A model generated the notes under the pieces. The model was not told where the DNA came from. It saw nothing but the letters and a program-made list of their open reading frames with translations, and did no database searches. Shown piece after piece: positions 10,601 through 23,362 of a DNA stretch of 64,000 bases (positions are counted from its first letter, which is position 1; each line of letters begins with the position of its first letter). Source of the stretch: an uncultured Planctomycetaceae bacterium (lineage in GTDB: Bacteria > Planctomycetota > Planctomycetia > Isosphaerales > Isosphaeraceae); contig CAWIAD010000002.1 of assembly GCA_963833985.1 (NCBI GenBank), forward strand, positions 4,160,001 to 4,224,000, written 5' to 3'. The position numbers and the translations under genes were made by a program.

Positions 10601-11312
10601 GCCGGATAACGCCGAAGCCCACTCACGCCTGGGCGACGTCCTCCAGAGTCTGATGATGATCAACGACGCGCTCGCCGAGTATCGCATCGCCCAGCAAATC
10701 CAGCCCAGCTTTGCCATGAATTACGCCCGGCGCGGCAACCTGTTTGATCAGCAAGGGAAGCTGGACGAGGCGATCGCCGAGGATCGCATTGCCCTCCGCC
10801 TCAACCCCAAGCTGGACTACGCGAACAACCTGCTCGCCTGGGCGCTGATCAAGAAACGCGATCTGGGCGCCCGGGAACGCGCCGAGTCGGTGGAGGGTGC
10901 ACGCCGGGCGGTCGCCGAGAAGCCCACGGATGGCAATTACTTCAACACGCTGGCCCTGGCCGAGTATCGCGCAGGGCACTGGGCCGAGTCGATTGTTGCC
11001 GCCGAGCATTCGATCGCGCTCATCCAGGGCTTGCCCTCGTTCGACTGGTTCGCCGCCACCGAGCAATCGATTGCGCAGTTGAACAAGGTGGATGCGTCCA
11101 ACTGGTTCTTCCTGGCCATGGCTCACTGGAAACAAGGGAACAGGGACCGGGCGCGCTCATACTTCCAGCGGGCGGTCGACTGGACGAAGAAGAAAGACCC
11201 GACGAACGTCGAGCTCATCCAGTTCTGGCAAGAATCCGCCGAACTGCTGGGCGAGCCGGGGCCTGGCCACGATCCGCCGTCCCGACCGCCGGCCAGCACC
11301 CCAGCGAGCTAG
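7641..11312 (+). CDS. Ser/Thr protein kinase with TM segment and C-terminal TPR repeats
   Basis: IARGGMG, ALK, HRDLKPAN, DWGLAK, GTPAYMSPEQ, SDVFALG; LLFGLLALQNGLI N-terminus; repeated AIAEYRxAIRLxP. Confidence 0.93.
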   Translation: MSTDASHDLLFGLLALQNGLIDQGQLVAAFQAWTCEKGRPLAAHLAARGDLDDDDRAAVEALVTRHLKKHAGSAVKSLAAIPAARMMQQSLAGVTDRDLAASLAVLASGDEPALTLDVGPVATDAGSVLDRLATELGTAALDGAHVTEHTGRHQVAAGGNGGAGADRSSAGRYRLLGEIARGGMGAVHRGRDMDLGRELALKVLLEKHRDRLDLIERFIEEAQICGQLQHPGVVPVYELGTLADKRPFFAMKLVKGRTLADLMSESGARAGSAEGRPRLLSIFEAICQTVGYAHSRGVIHRDLKPANVMMGSFGEVQVMDWGLAKVLGKPGETPVPERPPTETVVATARSTGDSDLSQAGSVLGTPAYMSPEQARGELERVDRRSDVFALGSILCEILTGEPAFVGDSMREVLDLASRADTAGVVTRLEACGADDEIVALARACLAARPKDRPEDAGVVAGRLTAYLAGVQTRLRAAELAREAERARALEAEAKAAVERRSRRLVAALAATIVLAGGLGAAGWRWVELQRLERVRTAGERVNLALREVTRLRALAQGAPVGELGAWELAAVAAENARDLFEPGIDPSLRKQVEDLAVETAADRNRAEIAALAARRDRTLLETLVDIRSAEADDRGGWSTDEAYAEAFRQAGLDVAVLPEEELTSSIRSRPLDVATALAAALDDWAAIRRDRKKDRAGARALSALATAVDPDAWRVGLRQAMELPERKARLEALRTLAGDASFETLGPVSLDLLGRALVHAGDPAGAEGVLRQAQQHHPADVWINYDLALALKKLARRDEAIRFATAARALRSETAHELAHMLGARGELNQEIAVFEDLRRLRPCDGRHLGCLGRALNNKGRTEEARAILKAAEAAYREAVRLRPNDAMAHRGLGFVFSLERRWEESLEEDRAVLRLQPDDATAHLSLGVSLQNLGHVEEAIAEYRTAIRLDPDDASAHLVLGTALSGLKAKDRLAAAAELREAIRLQPDNAEAHSRLGDVLQSLMMINDALAEYRIAQQIQPSFAMNYARRGNLFDQQGKLDEAIAEDRIALRLNPKLDYANNLLAWALIKKRDLGARERAESVEGARRAVAEKPTDGNYFNTLALAEYRAGHWAESIVAAEHSIALIQGLPSFDWFAATEQSIAQLNKVDASNWFFLAMAHWKQGNRDRARSYFQRAVDWTKKKDPTNVELIQFWQESAELLGEPGPGHDPPSRPPASTPAS

Positions 11313-11354
11313 AGGGAAGCCCGTGAAAGAATCGAACCAAGTTGGAGCGACACG

Positions 11355-12365
11355 ATGAGCTCTCGCCTGCTTGCGACATGGGCCATGATGAGCCTGCTGG
11401 CCGGCACTGGCCTGCTGGCCCAGGACAAGGCCGCAGTGAGAGGAGCATCCGCGGCCCATCCCCGGATGAAGGAAGCTCTCGAGGCCGCGAAGGAAGATCT
11501 TCCCAGGGCGATCACGATCCTCGAGAAGATGCTCGAGTCAGAGCCCGACGATCGCGAAGCCCTCTATCTCCTGGGTGCGATGGCGGTGGTCCAGGGCGAC
11601 AAGTCCGAGGACAGAGCGGAACGGATCGCCTGCTTTCGCAAGTCGAGAGACGCCTTCGACAGGCTTCAGAGAGTCCACAAGAACCTGACCTCGTACGAGC
11701 AGGCGTTCCTGATGCGCAGCCGCATTGGGACCGCCCGCTTCCTGGCGCTCGAAGCGAAGCCGGAGCAGGCCCTCGACGTGATCAAGCAACTGCTGGCCGC
11801 GGGCTTCGACGACCTGGACGCGTTCTACGAGCCGAATGACCTCGAGCCCGTCCGCGCTCTGCCGGCCTTCAAGGCGGCACTGGAACATGCCGCGCGTGCG
11901 GGCATCCTCGAGGAGATGGCACGGCTGAAGCCCTTCCCTTTCGATTTCGAGCTCAAGGACACGAGCGACAGGACGGTCCGCCTGGCGGACTACAAGGGGA
12001 AGGTGACCATCGTCGACATCTGGGGGACCTGGTGCCCGCCCTGCCGCAAGGAGATCCCCCATTTCGCCGAACTCTACAAGGAGTACAGGGACAAGGGGCT
12101 GGAGATCGTCGGCATCAACTGCCACGAGGGAGGCTCGCCCGACGAGGTCAAGAAGAGGATCCAGATTTTCGCTCGTGAGACCGAGATCCCTTACAGGTGC
12201 CTGCTGAACGACGAGACGACCGAGCCAAAGATTCCCGGGTTCCAGGGATACCCAACCACCCTTTTTCTTGACCGCACGGGCAAGGTCCGGATGATGCTGG
12301 TGGGCTACACGCCCAAGGTCCGGCTCGAGGCGATCGTGAGCACGCTGCTGGCCGAGAGCCCGTGA
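11355..12365 (+). CDS. TlpA-family thiol-disulfide oxidoreductase with N-terminal TPR-like region
   Basis: Signal peptide; DIWGTWCPPC; GYPTTLFLD. Confidence 0.88.
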   Translation: MSSRLLATWAMMSLLAGTGLLAQDKAAVRGASAAHPRMKEALEAAKEDLPRAITILEKMLESEPDDREALYLLGAMAVVQGDKSEDRAERIACFRKSRDAFDRLQRVHKNLTSYEQAFLMRSRIGTARFLALEAKPEQALDVIKQLLAAGFDDLDAFYEPNDLEPVRALPAFKAALEHAARAGILEEMARLKPFPFDFELKDTSDRTVRLADYKGKVTIVDIWGTWCPPCRKEIPHFAELYKEYRDKGLEIVGINCHEGGSPDEVKKRIQIFARETEIPYRCLLNDETTEPKIPGFQGYPTTLFLDRTGKVRMMLVGYTPKVRLEAIVSTLLAESP

Positions 12366-12490
12366 TGCAGCATCCGACGTGAGGCAAACCGCCCTTGCAG
12401 GTGCGCGCTTTTCTCCTACCATGTATTGAGGTGGGGCGGGTCGCGGGCCCGCCGTTTCAGAGCCCGACACGAACTCGCCCCGATCTTGCC

Positions 12491-13771
12491 ATGATGCGCA
12501 CCGCCGTGCTCGCGAGCAGCCAGGTTCTGGCACTGATCGCCATGTTGAGTCCATCGTCGTCCGCGGCGGAGCGCCGCATCGAGATCCTTCTGGGCCCTGC
12601 GGGCGGGCTGCCCGTCGCGGAGCTGGTCTCGGGCCTGGCCCGGGCGAGCGGCGTGACGGTCGACCGGCCGCCGGCGCAGCTGACGCTGCCGACCCGCGGG
12701 CTGGGCGGGTCGCTCACACGGACGCTGCTGGCGGAGTGCCTTGGTCCGGAAGTGCACCTGGCATTCCCGCCCGGACGGGTTGTCGTCGCCATCGACGACG
12801 AGGCGCTCGCCGCCGAGCACCAGGGGCAGTGGAAGGAGCGGCTCGACGATCTCGCCGCACGCTGTCTTCAGGCCGCCAGCCGGCATCAGAACTATGGCAT
12901 GCATGCGCTGGCGTCGTACCGGGCCAACGACCCTGCGCGCCCGACGGTGTGCCTGGTGCACGGCATCAATTCGTCTTCCGGCGGATTCGTGCATCTCATC
13001 CCGCGGCTCGAGCAGGCCGGCTACGGCGTGGTCGTCTTCGATTATGCGTTCAACCAGCGGCTCGATACGTCGTGCTCCCAGTTTCGCCGCGACTGGCTTG
13101 CCTTCCGCAAGGCGGCCGGCGAGACCCGGCCCTGGGCGATCCTGGCGCACTCGATGGGTGCTCTGGTGGCCCGTTCGTACGTCGAGCACGAGGGCCGCGC
13201 GGAACACGACGTGGCGTCGATGATCCTGATCGCACCGGTGAACCAGGGCGCGCACGTTGCCCGGATCCAGCCGGTCCTCCAGACGGTCTCCAGCCTGTTC
13301 GCAATCAACAGCAAGCGGACCACGCAGGCGCTGGCACAGCTCTCCGAGGGCATCGGCCTGGCGGCCGAAGATCTGCTACCCGGCAGCGCATTCCTGCAAC
13401 GGATCAACGCCGGGGAGCCGCCTCGCGACGTTCCCTATCACATCCTGGCTGGCGACAGCGGCGTGATTCCGCGCGAGGTCGGCCAGCAGGCCCGGGCTCA
13501 GATGGAAGCGGCCGCACGCGACCGGGGGCTTCTCAGCCTGGTCTCCCGCGCGGCAGGCCGTGAGGTGCTGCCGCTCCTCGACGAGCTCACCGACGGCAGT
13601 GGCGACGGCTGCGTGTCGGTGGAGCGTACGCGTATGACTGGAGTCCCGGACCACGTCACGATTCACGCCAACCATGCCGAGCTGATCCGCGCTCCCCTAC
13701 TCTACCCGGACGACGGGCCGGTTGTGTGCATGCCGTACGTGCTGAAATGGCTGCGCGCCGACTTCAGGTAG
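12491..13771 (+). CDS. Secreted alpha/beta hydrolase (lipase/esterase-like)
   Basis: LVHGINS, nucleophile AHSMG, GDGCVS, NHAELI; start uncertain. Confidence 0.8.
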   Translation: MMRTAVLASSQVLALIAMLSPSSSAAERRIEILLGPAGGLPVAELVSGLARASGVTVDRPPAQLTLPTRGLGGSLTRTLLAECLGPEVHLAFPPGRVVVAIDDEALAAEHQGQWKERLDDLAARCLQAASRHQNYGMHALASYRANDPARPTVCLVHGINSSSGGFVHLIPRLEQAGYGVVVFDYAFNQRLDTSCSQFRRDWLAFRKAAGETRPWAILAHSMGALVARSYVEHEGRAEHDVASMILIAPVNQGAHVARIQPVLQTVSSLFAINSKRTTQALAQLSEGIGLAAEDLLPGSAFLQRINAGEPPRDVPYHILAGDSGVIPREVGQQARAQMEAAARDRGLLSLVSRAAGREVLPLLDELTDGSGDGCVSVERTRMTGVPDHVTIHANHAELIRAPLLYPDDGPVVCMPYVLKWLRADFR

Positions 13772-13874
13772 ACGTCAGCCCGGCATGTTCTAGAGTTGAT
13801 CGAGACCACTGTCGGCCTCCCGAGCGTGCGCGCTTCAAGAAACGCAGGCCTGTAGACCAATTCGCAGACTTTCC

Positions 13875-15372
13875 ATGAGCATCCTCGGGCTTCCGGTCAC
13901 CCCGCGGGCGACCAACCTCCGGATCCTGGCCTCCCTGATTTTGCTGGTCATCGTGGTCAATGTGGACACGATGCCCGGTTCGCTCTATCCCGGCGATCCG
14001 TACTGGATGATGCAAGCCGCGCGCAGCATCGTGCTGCGCGGCAGTCTGGCCATCGAGCCAGGCTCCGGTATCGCGGAGGGACAGTACTTCGTCCGGAACC
14101 CGCGGAACCACCTGTATTATTCCAAGTACGGCACAATGAACAGCGTGCTGTTCACTCCCCCGCTCTACCTGGCCTGGAAGCTCGATGGCGACCTCACCAG
14201 CCTGCGTACCCGGCGCGTGCTGCTGTTCACGAACCTGTACTTCGTGTTCCTGGGCACTCTCCTGGCGGTCTACCTGTACGTACTTGTCGGACTGTACGTC
14301 ACGGCACCGTCGGTGAAGCTGTTTTACGTGCTCTCGTGTTTTTACACGACCTTCCTGTGGAACTACCTGCGCACAGACCAGCGAGCTGTTCCAGGTCTTG
14401 CTCTTCACGACCTTCGTAGTTCACTTCGTGCGGGCGCAAAGGAGCCCGAGCCGGTTCGCGGAGTTCGCGCTCGCCTGGATTCTGCTCGGTGCGCTTTGCT
14501 TGACCAAGATCAGTTACGTCATCCTGGTGCCGATGGCCTGGGTGGCGACGGTCATCGACCTGGGGGTCATATCCCCATCAAGCCGACGCGGACACCTCAG
14601 CCTCCATCGCGGCTCAGTCCTGTTCGCCTCGTTCGCCGCGGTGGTGATCGCCTGTGTCATGGGCTGGATCAACTGGACGAAGTTCGGCTCCGTCTGGCTC
14701 ACGGGTTATCACGCCTGGCAGCCGGACCGGCACTTGCCCGCGAACCCGGAAGGCATTCTGGGATTTCTTTTCGACCGGCAGTGGAGCATTTTCCTGAACG
14801 ATCCGCCGCTCCTGCTGGCACTCCTCGCCGTGAAGCCGTTCCTGAGGCGTTTCCCGCGCGAGGCGGTCTTCTTTGCCGGGCTCTTCGGTGTGAATCTGCT
14901 CCTGCTCGGCAGCATTCCCACCTGGAAGGGCGAGTGGTGTTACGGTCCGCGTTACCTGCTGTTCCTCTTGCCCGTCGTGTCGCTGCCGTTCGCACTGGTG
15001 CTGGAGAACGCCTGCTCCGCTCCTTCCTCCTTGCGCAAGGCGCTGCTGATGGCGCTTTGCGTGGGAACGCTGGGCACGTCGCTCTGGTACCAGGTGCAGG
15101 TGAACCGCCTGCCCTTCCTGGTCTATTACCGGCTCTTGCCGGCGGCGGTTCTCGGCGAGCATCGGTCGCTCGACCTGGCGGACTCGGAACTTCCCTTCTT
15201 TGTCTCCAGGCCTGTCCAGGTCATCTGCGCGGAGCTGGTGAAAAACCGGGACAATCCCGAAGAGCTCGAATGCTTCCGCGAGTTCCGCACGCGATACTCC
15301 CAGGCTGAATGCCAGCGCTACCTGGCCGCCCTGACGTTCCTGCCCGCCCTGGACAACTACTGGTTCCCATGA
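13875..15372 (+). CDS. Polytopic membrane protein, GT-C glycosyltransferase-like; frameshift near 14380
   Basis: ORFs 13875.. and 14398..15372 join; YSKYG loop and GEWCYGPRYLL motif; many TM helices. Confidence 0.65.
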
Positions 15373-15502
15373 GTCCGTACGTGCCGCCCGCGTTTGCGGC
15401 AGGTCCAGCCTCTTGGGTTTCCCTGGCGATTTGAGTACTCTGTTTCCACCCAGGGCAGACAGGCACGACGCGGGTACGCGCAACGCAACCAGAGGACCCT
15501 TC

Positions 15503-17047
15503 ATGTCGCAGACCGTGGAGAGCGCGCACGATTCCGCCGGCGAATCCTTCGAGCAGAAGGGGTACGAGAGCCATCCCCCCGGGCTTTACGCCCTGTTCGG
15601 CACCGAGATGTGGGAGCGGGTGAGCTACTACGGGATGCGTGCGCTCCTGGTTCTCTATCTCACCAAGGCGATCGGCATGGACCGGCCAGGTGCCTTGAAC
15701 ATTTACGCCATTTATACAGGGCTGGTCTACCTCACGCCGCTCATCGGCGGCCGGCTGGCCGACCGCTATCTGGGCCAGCGCAAGGCGGTGTTCATCGGCG
15801 GCATCCTGATGGCTCTGGGCCAATTCGCGCTCACGCAGCAGGCGCTGCTGAACCTTGGCCTGGGGCTGATCATCGTGGGCAACGGCTTTTTCAAGCCGAA
15901 CATCTCGACGATGGTGGGCGAGCTCTATCCCCAGGGCGACCCACGCCGCGACGGCGCCTATACCATCTTTTACATGGGGATCAACCTGGGCGCGTTCCTT
16001 GCCCCGCTCATCTGCGGCCCGCTGGGCGAGCGGGTTGGCTGGGGCTACGGCTTTGCGACCGCGGGAGCCGGGATGATCCTGGGCGTCACGACGTTCGTCT
16101 TCACGCAGCGGTTGCTCCACGGCGCAGGGCTCCCGCCCGGACGGGCCTTCGCGGGCGAGGTCAAACTCAGACCGCGGGACTGGGTGGAGATCGTCACGAT
16201 CGCGCTGGGCATCGCGGTGCTGGTTGTCGGGCTGGTGCAGTCCTGGCCAACCCTGCGTCCGCTCTGGTCGCCCGCCTGGCTCAGTAGCGGTCTGGCGGCG
16301 TTCCTGTACAAAGGGCTGATCCTGGTGGGGGGCCTGGCGCTCTTCCTCTACGCCACCGAGCCGGCGACATCGGCGCAGTCGACCGACGCGCTCCACGCGC
16401 CGTTCACACGTGTCGACTGGGAGCGGGTCGTGGTGATCATCATCATCAGCCTCTTCTCGATCGTCTTCTGGGCGGGGTTCGAGCAATCGGGCGGGACCCT
16501 GAACCTGTTCGCCGATGAGAAGACGGACCGGACGATCCTCGGCTGGGACATTCCGGCCTCGATCTTCCAGGCCATCAATCCCGTGTTCATCATCGCGCTG
16601 GCGCCTGTCTTCGCCATCGTCTGGACCTTCCTGGCAAGGCGGAAATTCCCCCTTCCCTCAGTCACCAAGTTCGGCATGGGGTTGACCCTGCTGAGCCTGG
16701 CGTTCGGCGTGATGTACTTCGCGGAAGAGCATTCCAGGGCAGGCAAGATCTCGCCCCTCTGGCTGATCTCCGTCTACTTCATCTTCACGGTCGCGGAGCT
16801 GTGCCTCTCGCCGATCGGTCTGTCGCTGGTCACGAAGCTCGCGCACCCGCGGATCGTCTCGCTCATGATGGCGTTCTGGTTCCTCTGCACGGCCGCCGCC
16901 AATTATCTGGCGGGGATCATGGAGCAGACGATCGAGCCCTACCACCTTAACCTGTGGGCATTCCTGGGCGTCCTGGCGCTGGGGCCCGGCCTGCTCTTGC
17001 TGGCGCTGGGGCCAGTCCTGGTGAGAATGTCGCACGGCCGTGTTTGA
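15503..17047 (+). CDS. POT/PTR family proton-dependent oligopeptide transporter
   Basis: EMWERVSYYGM (ExxERxxYYG), GNGFFKPNIS, FYMGINLG. Confidence 0.95.
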   Translation: MSQTVESAHDSAGESFEQKGYESHPPGLYALFGTEMWERVSYYGMRALLVLYLTKAIGMDRPGALNIYAIYTGLVYLTPLIGGRLADRYLGQRKAVFIGGILMALGQFALTQQALLNLGLGLIIVGNGFFKPNISTMVGELYPQGDPRRDGAYTIFYMGINLGAFLAPLICGPLGERVGWGYGFATAGAGMILGVTTFVFTQRLLHGAGLPPGRAFAGEVKLRPRDWVEIVTIALGIAVLVVGLVQSWPTLRPLWSPAWLSSGLAAFLYKGLILVGGLALFLYATEPATSAQSTDALHAPFTRVDWERVVVIIIISLFSIVFWAGFEQSGGTLNLFADEKTDRTILGWDIPASIFQAINPVFIIALAPVFAIVWTFLARRKFPLPSVTKFGMGLTLLSLAFGVMYFAEEHSRAGKISPLWLISVYFIFTVAELCLSPIGLSLVTKLAHPRIVSLMMAFWFLCTAAANYLAGIMEQTIEPYHLNLWAFLGVLALGPGLLLLALGPVLVRMSHGRV

Positions 17048-17081
17048 ATGGCGCCTGGTTTTTCTCTCGGAGGTTCGGATC

Positions 17082-19128
<2,047 letters not shown>

Positions 19129-19147
19129 GCGACCGAAAGCCTCTCCC

Positions 19148-19400
19148 GTGATTGAACTGCACGAGGTGACCCAGCATTACGGCGTCAAGCCCGTCCTGCG
19201 CCGGATCAGCCTGCGCGTGGAGCGCGGGGAACTGGTTTCGACCTTACCGAACAGGCCGACGGACCGCTCCGCAGCGACTCGGCCCGGCAGACGAAAAAGC
19301 GTGCGCTCTGCACGGCACTCGTCACCGAGGCCCCCGTGATGTTCCTGGACGAGCCGTTCTCCGCCGGCCTGGACCCGGCGGGGGTGGTGGCCTCAGCGGG
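19148..19400 (+). pseudogene. Internally deleted ABC transporter ATP-binding remnant
   Basis: IELHEVTQHYGVKPVLRRISLRVERGELV stops before Walker A; another frame gives KKRALCTALVTEAPVMFLDEPFSAGLDP (Walker B/D-loop). Confidence 0.75.
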
Positions 19401-19626
19401 TTACCGGGCATCGTTTCGTGCACTTACTATTAGGTCCGTCCGGAGATTGGCCCTCCCATGGTGGTCAGCCTGATTCTGCGACTGCGCTGGATCGCTCCCC
19501 CGAATCGGACAACCTGGCTGCTCACCGGCAAGCATCGCATCGTCGCGGGGCAGTTCCCCCAGGGCCAGAACGCCGAGTTTGTGAAGGTGGGCTGATGACC
19601 GGAGCCGCGGAGTGCAAATCATCACC

Positions 19627-20037
19627 ATGAACAACCGGGGCAAGTTCTGGACCATCCTCCGCCGCGGCTGCCCGCGGTGCGGCCATTCCATCTTCCCATC
19701 GGCCCTGGTGATGTATGAGAATTGCCCTGGCTGCGGGCTCGACTTCGACCGCGGTGAGGCAGGCTACTTCACGGGGGCCATGTACGTCAGCTACGGCCTC
19801 GGGATCCCGCTCATCGCCCTGCTCACCTTGATCGAGCATCTGCTGATACCCGGCTGGTCGCTGCTGCGGTTGGTGCTGCTGGCCTGGCTCATCTGCGTGC
19901 CGCTCATTCCCTGGGTCTGGCAGTATTCCCGGACCATCTGGATCCATTTCGACCAGTGGATCGACCCGGTAGCCGGCGCTCAAGACCACACCAACGAACC
20001 CACGATACGAGGAACCGAACCGCATGACACGCCCTGA
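19627..20037 (+). CDS. DUF983-like small membrane protein
   Basis: CPRCG...[16 protein letters not shown] then two TM helices, ending SRTIW. Confidence 0.8.
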   Translation: MNNRGKFWTILRRGCPRCGHSIFPSALVMYENCPGCGLDFDRGEAGYFTGAMYVSYGLGIPLIALLTLIEHLLIPGWSLLRLVLLAWLICVPLIPWVWQYSRTIWIHFDQWIDPVAGAQDHTNEPTIRGTEPHDTP

Positions 20038-21674
20038 GCCCGCGACACAGCGGCCGATCGTGGACGTCGCCCGCGACCTGGACATCGCCGAGGATTTCCT
20101 GGAGCCCTATGGCCGCGACAAGGCCAAGGTGCGGCTGGAAGCGATGGCCGCATCGGGCCGCAAACCGGGCAAGCTGATCCTGGTCTCCGCGATCACGCCC
20201 ACGCCCGCCGGCGAGGGGAAGACCACCACGTCGATCGGCCTGGCGCAGGGGCTGCGGCGCATCGGCAAGCGGGTGGCCCTGGCGCTGCGGCAGCCGTCCA
20301 TGGGACCGGTCTTCGGCCGCAAGGGCGGGGCCACCGGCGGCGGGCTCAGCAAGGTGGAACCGTCGAATACGATCAACCTCCAGTTCACCGGCGACTTTCA
20401 CGCCATCACCGCCGCCCACAACCTGCTGGCCGCGACCATCGACAACCACATCCACTTCCGCGACTTCAAGCTCGACCCGACCAAGGTGCTCTGGAAGCGC
20501 GTGCTGGACATGAACGACCGCGCCTTGCGGCACATCATCATCGGACTGGGCGGCCGGCCGCAGGGCATCCCGCGCGAGAGCGGCTTCGACATCACCGCGG
20601 CCAGCGAGGTCATGGCGATCCTCTGCCTGGCGGACTCACCGGCCGACCTGCGGGTGCGGCTGGACCGCATCCTCGTCGGCTTCACCATGGATAACGAGCC
20701 GGTGCTCGCGAAACAGCTTCGAGTGGTCGGCTCCATGGCCGCCATCCTCAACGAGGCGTTTCACCCCAACCTTGTGCAAACCACTGAATCGGTTCCCGCC
20801 TTCATCCACGGCGGACCGTTCGCGAACATCGCGCACGGCTGCAACTCGGTGGTCGCCACCCGCATGGCCTTGACGCTGGCCGACTACGCCGTGACCGAGG
20901 CCGGCTTCGCGTTCGACCTGGGCGGCGAGAAGTTCTTCGATCTGAAGTGCCGCGGCGCCAACCTGAACCCCGCCGCCGTGGTGATCGTCGCCACCATCCG
21001 CGCTGAAGATGCACGGCGGCGTGCCCCTGGGCGAGACCTCCAGGCCGAACCCGATCGCTGTCGAGCATGGGCTGGTCAACCTGGCCGCCCACCTGGATAG
21101 TGCCGCGCACTTTGGCAAACCCGTCATCGTGGCGATCAACCAGTTCGCCAGCGACACACCCGAGGAGCTCGACCTCGTGCACGTGTACTGCAACAGCCGG
21201 GGTATCGCCTGCGCCACCGCCAACGTCTTTGGTGCCGGCGGCCGCGGCGCGATAGCGCTGGCGGAAAAAGTGGTCGCGGCCGTGGACGGCCCCGAGACAC
21301 CACTCCAGACGCTCTATCCGCTGGAGTGGAAAGCCGAGCGGAAGATCGAGGAGATCGCCCGCGTGATGTATGGCGCCGCGGCCGTGAACATCCAGCAAGA
21401 GGCCGAATCAAAGCTGAAGAAAGCCCGCAAGCTGGGCTATGGCGAGCTACCCATCTGCATGGCCAAGACGCAGGACTCGCTCTCCGATAACCCCAAGCTG
21501 CGCGGCCGTCCCAAGGGGTTCACGGTCCACGTCCGCGACGTCGAGATCGCCGCGGGCGCAGGGTTCCTGGTGGCGCTCACTGGCGAGATCATGCGCATGC
21601 CCGGCCTGCCGGAACGCCCCGCGGCCGAGAAGATCGATGTGGATGCCGAAGGAATGATCATCGGACTTTCGTGA
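20024..21674 (+). CDS. fhs: Formate--tetrahydrofolate ligase, frameshift near 21000
   Basis: [40 protein letters not shown]; second half CMAKTQ..SD, MRMPGLP. Confidence 0.96.
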
Positions 21675-21792
21675 CCGTCGCTTGCCCGCTCACCTGACGA
21701 ACCCCTTGCGGAGTCCGGCGACAGATTGCAGACTGTCGCCAGGAGTAGGTTTTTGGCTCACCATGTCGTGGTCAAGGAAGAAGGGTGCGACC

Positions 21793-22164
21793 ATGCGTCC
21801 TGTACGCTCGTTTGAGTGCTGCGCGTTGATCGTGCTGGCCGGATTGCTGTTTCTTGGGCCGCCCGGCTGCGGCAAGGGCACTTCGGGCCCCTTACCCGGA
21901 CCGCTCAAGGACCGCGAGGCGCTCGCCGCGGCCTTGCCTCCGGGCGTGACGTTCGAGACGGCGGTGATCCCGGACGCCAGGTACGGCTTCGCCAGGACCG
22001 TGGAAGACGCCCTCACCAGCCTGCAAGCGAACGTGGAGGGCGGGGCGATCCACGACGGCATCGCCGGCCAGGAGATCCGCTTCGAGCGCGGGCAGCCTGC
22101 CAGCAAAAGTTCCAGGAAGCCCGCCACCAAGTCGCCTTACACGGTGATCAAACTGACGAAATGA
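21793..22164 (+). CDS. Putative lipoprotein
   Basis: Hydrophobic signal followed by PPGCG; coding-like codon usage. Confidence 0.6.
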   Translation: MRPVRSFECCALIVLAGLLFLGPPGCGKGTSGPLPGPLKDREALAAALPPGVTFETAVIPDARYGFARTVEDALTSLQANVEGGAIHDGIAGQEIRFERGQPASKSSRKPATKSPYTVIKLTK

Positions 22165-22295
22165 CGCTCGTCGATCACCGATTCTCGGCCGGATCGTAAA
22201 CCCGCGACCGATCTCCCAGCCAGGCAGATCCGCAGAAGTGTCTGGACAGGATTGCAGCTCGCTTGCCCGGGGCTGAGAGCCCTGCCTGGCCGCTC

Positions 22296-22456
22296 TCCTC
22301 GTGGGGTACGATTCCGATCGTGCCATTTCCTGGTCCATCAGACAGAAGAAGTGACACGATCCGAATCGGGTCCCACGACAAGATTAAAGAAGTGACACGA
22401 TCGGAATCGGGTCCCACGACAAGATCGAAGAAGTGACACGATCCGAATCGGGTCCC
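22296..22456. repeat. 41-bp tandem REP-like array (3 units) plus one inverted copy
   Basis: GTGACACGATC(C/G)GAATCGGGTCCCACGACAAG at 22351, 22392, 22433; inverted variant at 22296-22330; lies between convergent genes. Confidence 0.9.
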
Positions 22457-22539
22457 GTGTCCCACAAAAAGCGGCTTCCCGGTCGTCCAGGATCGCATCA
22501 ACCTGCTGAATGACTGTCAAAGAACGATTGCGAACCTGT

Positions 22540-23205
22540 TCAGAGGACGCCCTGCCGTTCCAGCCGCTTGTAATGAACGAACGAGTAAAGGACGGGTATG
22601 CACATCGTCACAATGAGGACGCCCAGCGACCAGGAGACGGGCAGCCTGACGATCACCATCAAAAAGCCGATGAGCCCGCCGGCCACCATCAGCCAGGCGG
22701 CCAGCCGATGGGTGTCATCCCAGACCCGGTCGCTGGCAAGCGTCCACGGAACCCGGATACCGATGTAAAAGTTCCTGCGTACTTTGCCCATCACATTACC
22801 GATCAGCGCGATGAACAAGAACACGCCGGCGATGAGCGCGCGGCCGATATCGAAGAGCTTCGGTCCCTGGTGCACTTCCTGCCACGTCGCCAGCAAGATC
22901 ATTACGTTCATGTATGCGAACAGGCCCATCATGACCGCCATGATGTAGAGGTAGGTCGAGCGAAACCTGTCCACCTCGAAGTGTCTGGGAGACAGGGCCG
23001 GAAGGAAGACGAAGAAGACCAGCATGATCGTCATCATGCCGGGCATGAGGAATGTGGCCCACGACTTGTTGCCCCAGCCGTCCACCTTGCCCTCCCAGTT
23101 CCAGTGCGTGGGAACGCGCTGGGGGAGTCCCTGGTAGAGCGAGGCCGCCAGCACCCAGGAGCCGGCGACGAGCAATCCCGCAATGATCCAGTACGCCCGA
23201 TTCAT
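22540..23205 (-). CDS. SdpI/DUF1648 family membrane protein
   Basis: LPQRVPTHWNWEGKVDGW; N.YIGIRVPWTL.SDRVWDDTHR. Confidence 0.9.
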   Translation of the reverse strand: MNRAYWIIAGLLVAGSWVLAASLYQGLPQRVPTHWNWEGKVDGWGNKSWATFLMPGMMTIMLVFFVFLPALSPRHFEVDRFRSTYLYIMAVMMGLFAYMNVMILLATWQEVHQGPKLFDIGRALIAGVFLFIALIGNVMGKVRRNFYIGIRVPWTLASDRVWDDTHRLAAWLMVAGGLIGFLMVIVRLPVSWSLGVLIVTMCIPVLYSFVHYKRLERQGVL

Positions 23206-23362
23206 GAAAGCGGTCTCCCGTTCGTCCCGGAGTTCCCGAACAGGACCCAGAGTCGCGTCGTCCGTCCTCCAGGACCCTCGTGTTCAGCACATGGTAAACC
23301 TTTTGAAGAGCCTCGTACAAAGGTTACTGTGCCGCGGCACCGGTCACGATGCCTCACGCTTG

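Noticed and set aside
20024..21674. Programmed frameshift or pseudogene in fhs and other split genes
   Set aside because: No slippery heptamer at the break; the pattern is window-wide and matches sequencing indels.
22217..22292. Possible ncRNA (GCCAGGCAG/CTGCCTGGC closing stem)
   Set aside because: A single stem in GC-rich DNA with no recognisable family features.
22345..22456. CRISPR array
   Set aside because: Units are contiguous 41-bp tandem copies with near-identical linkers; there are no unique spacers and no cas genes.
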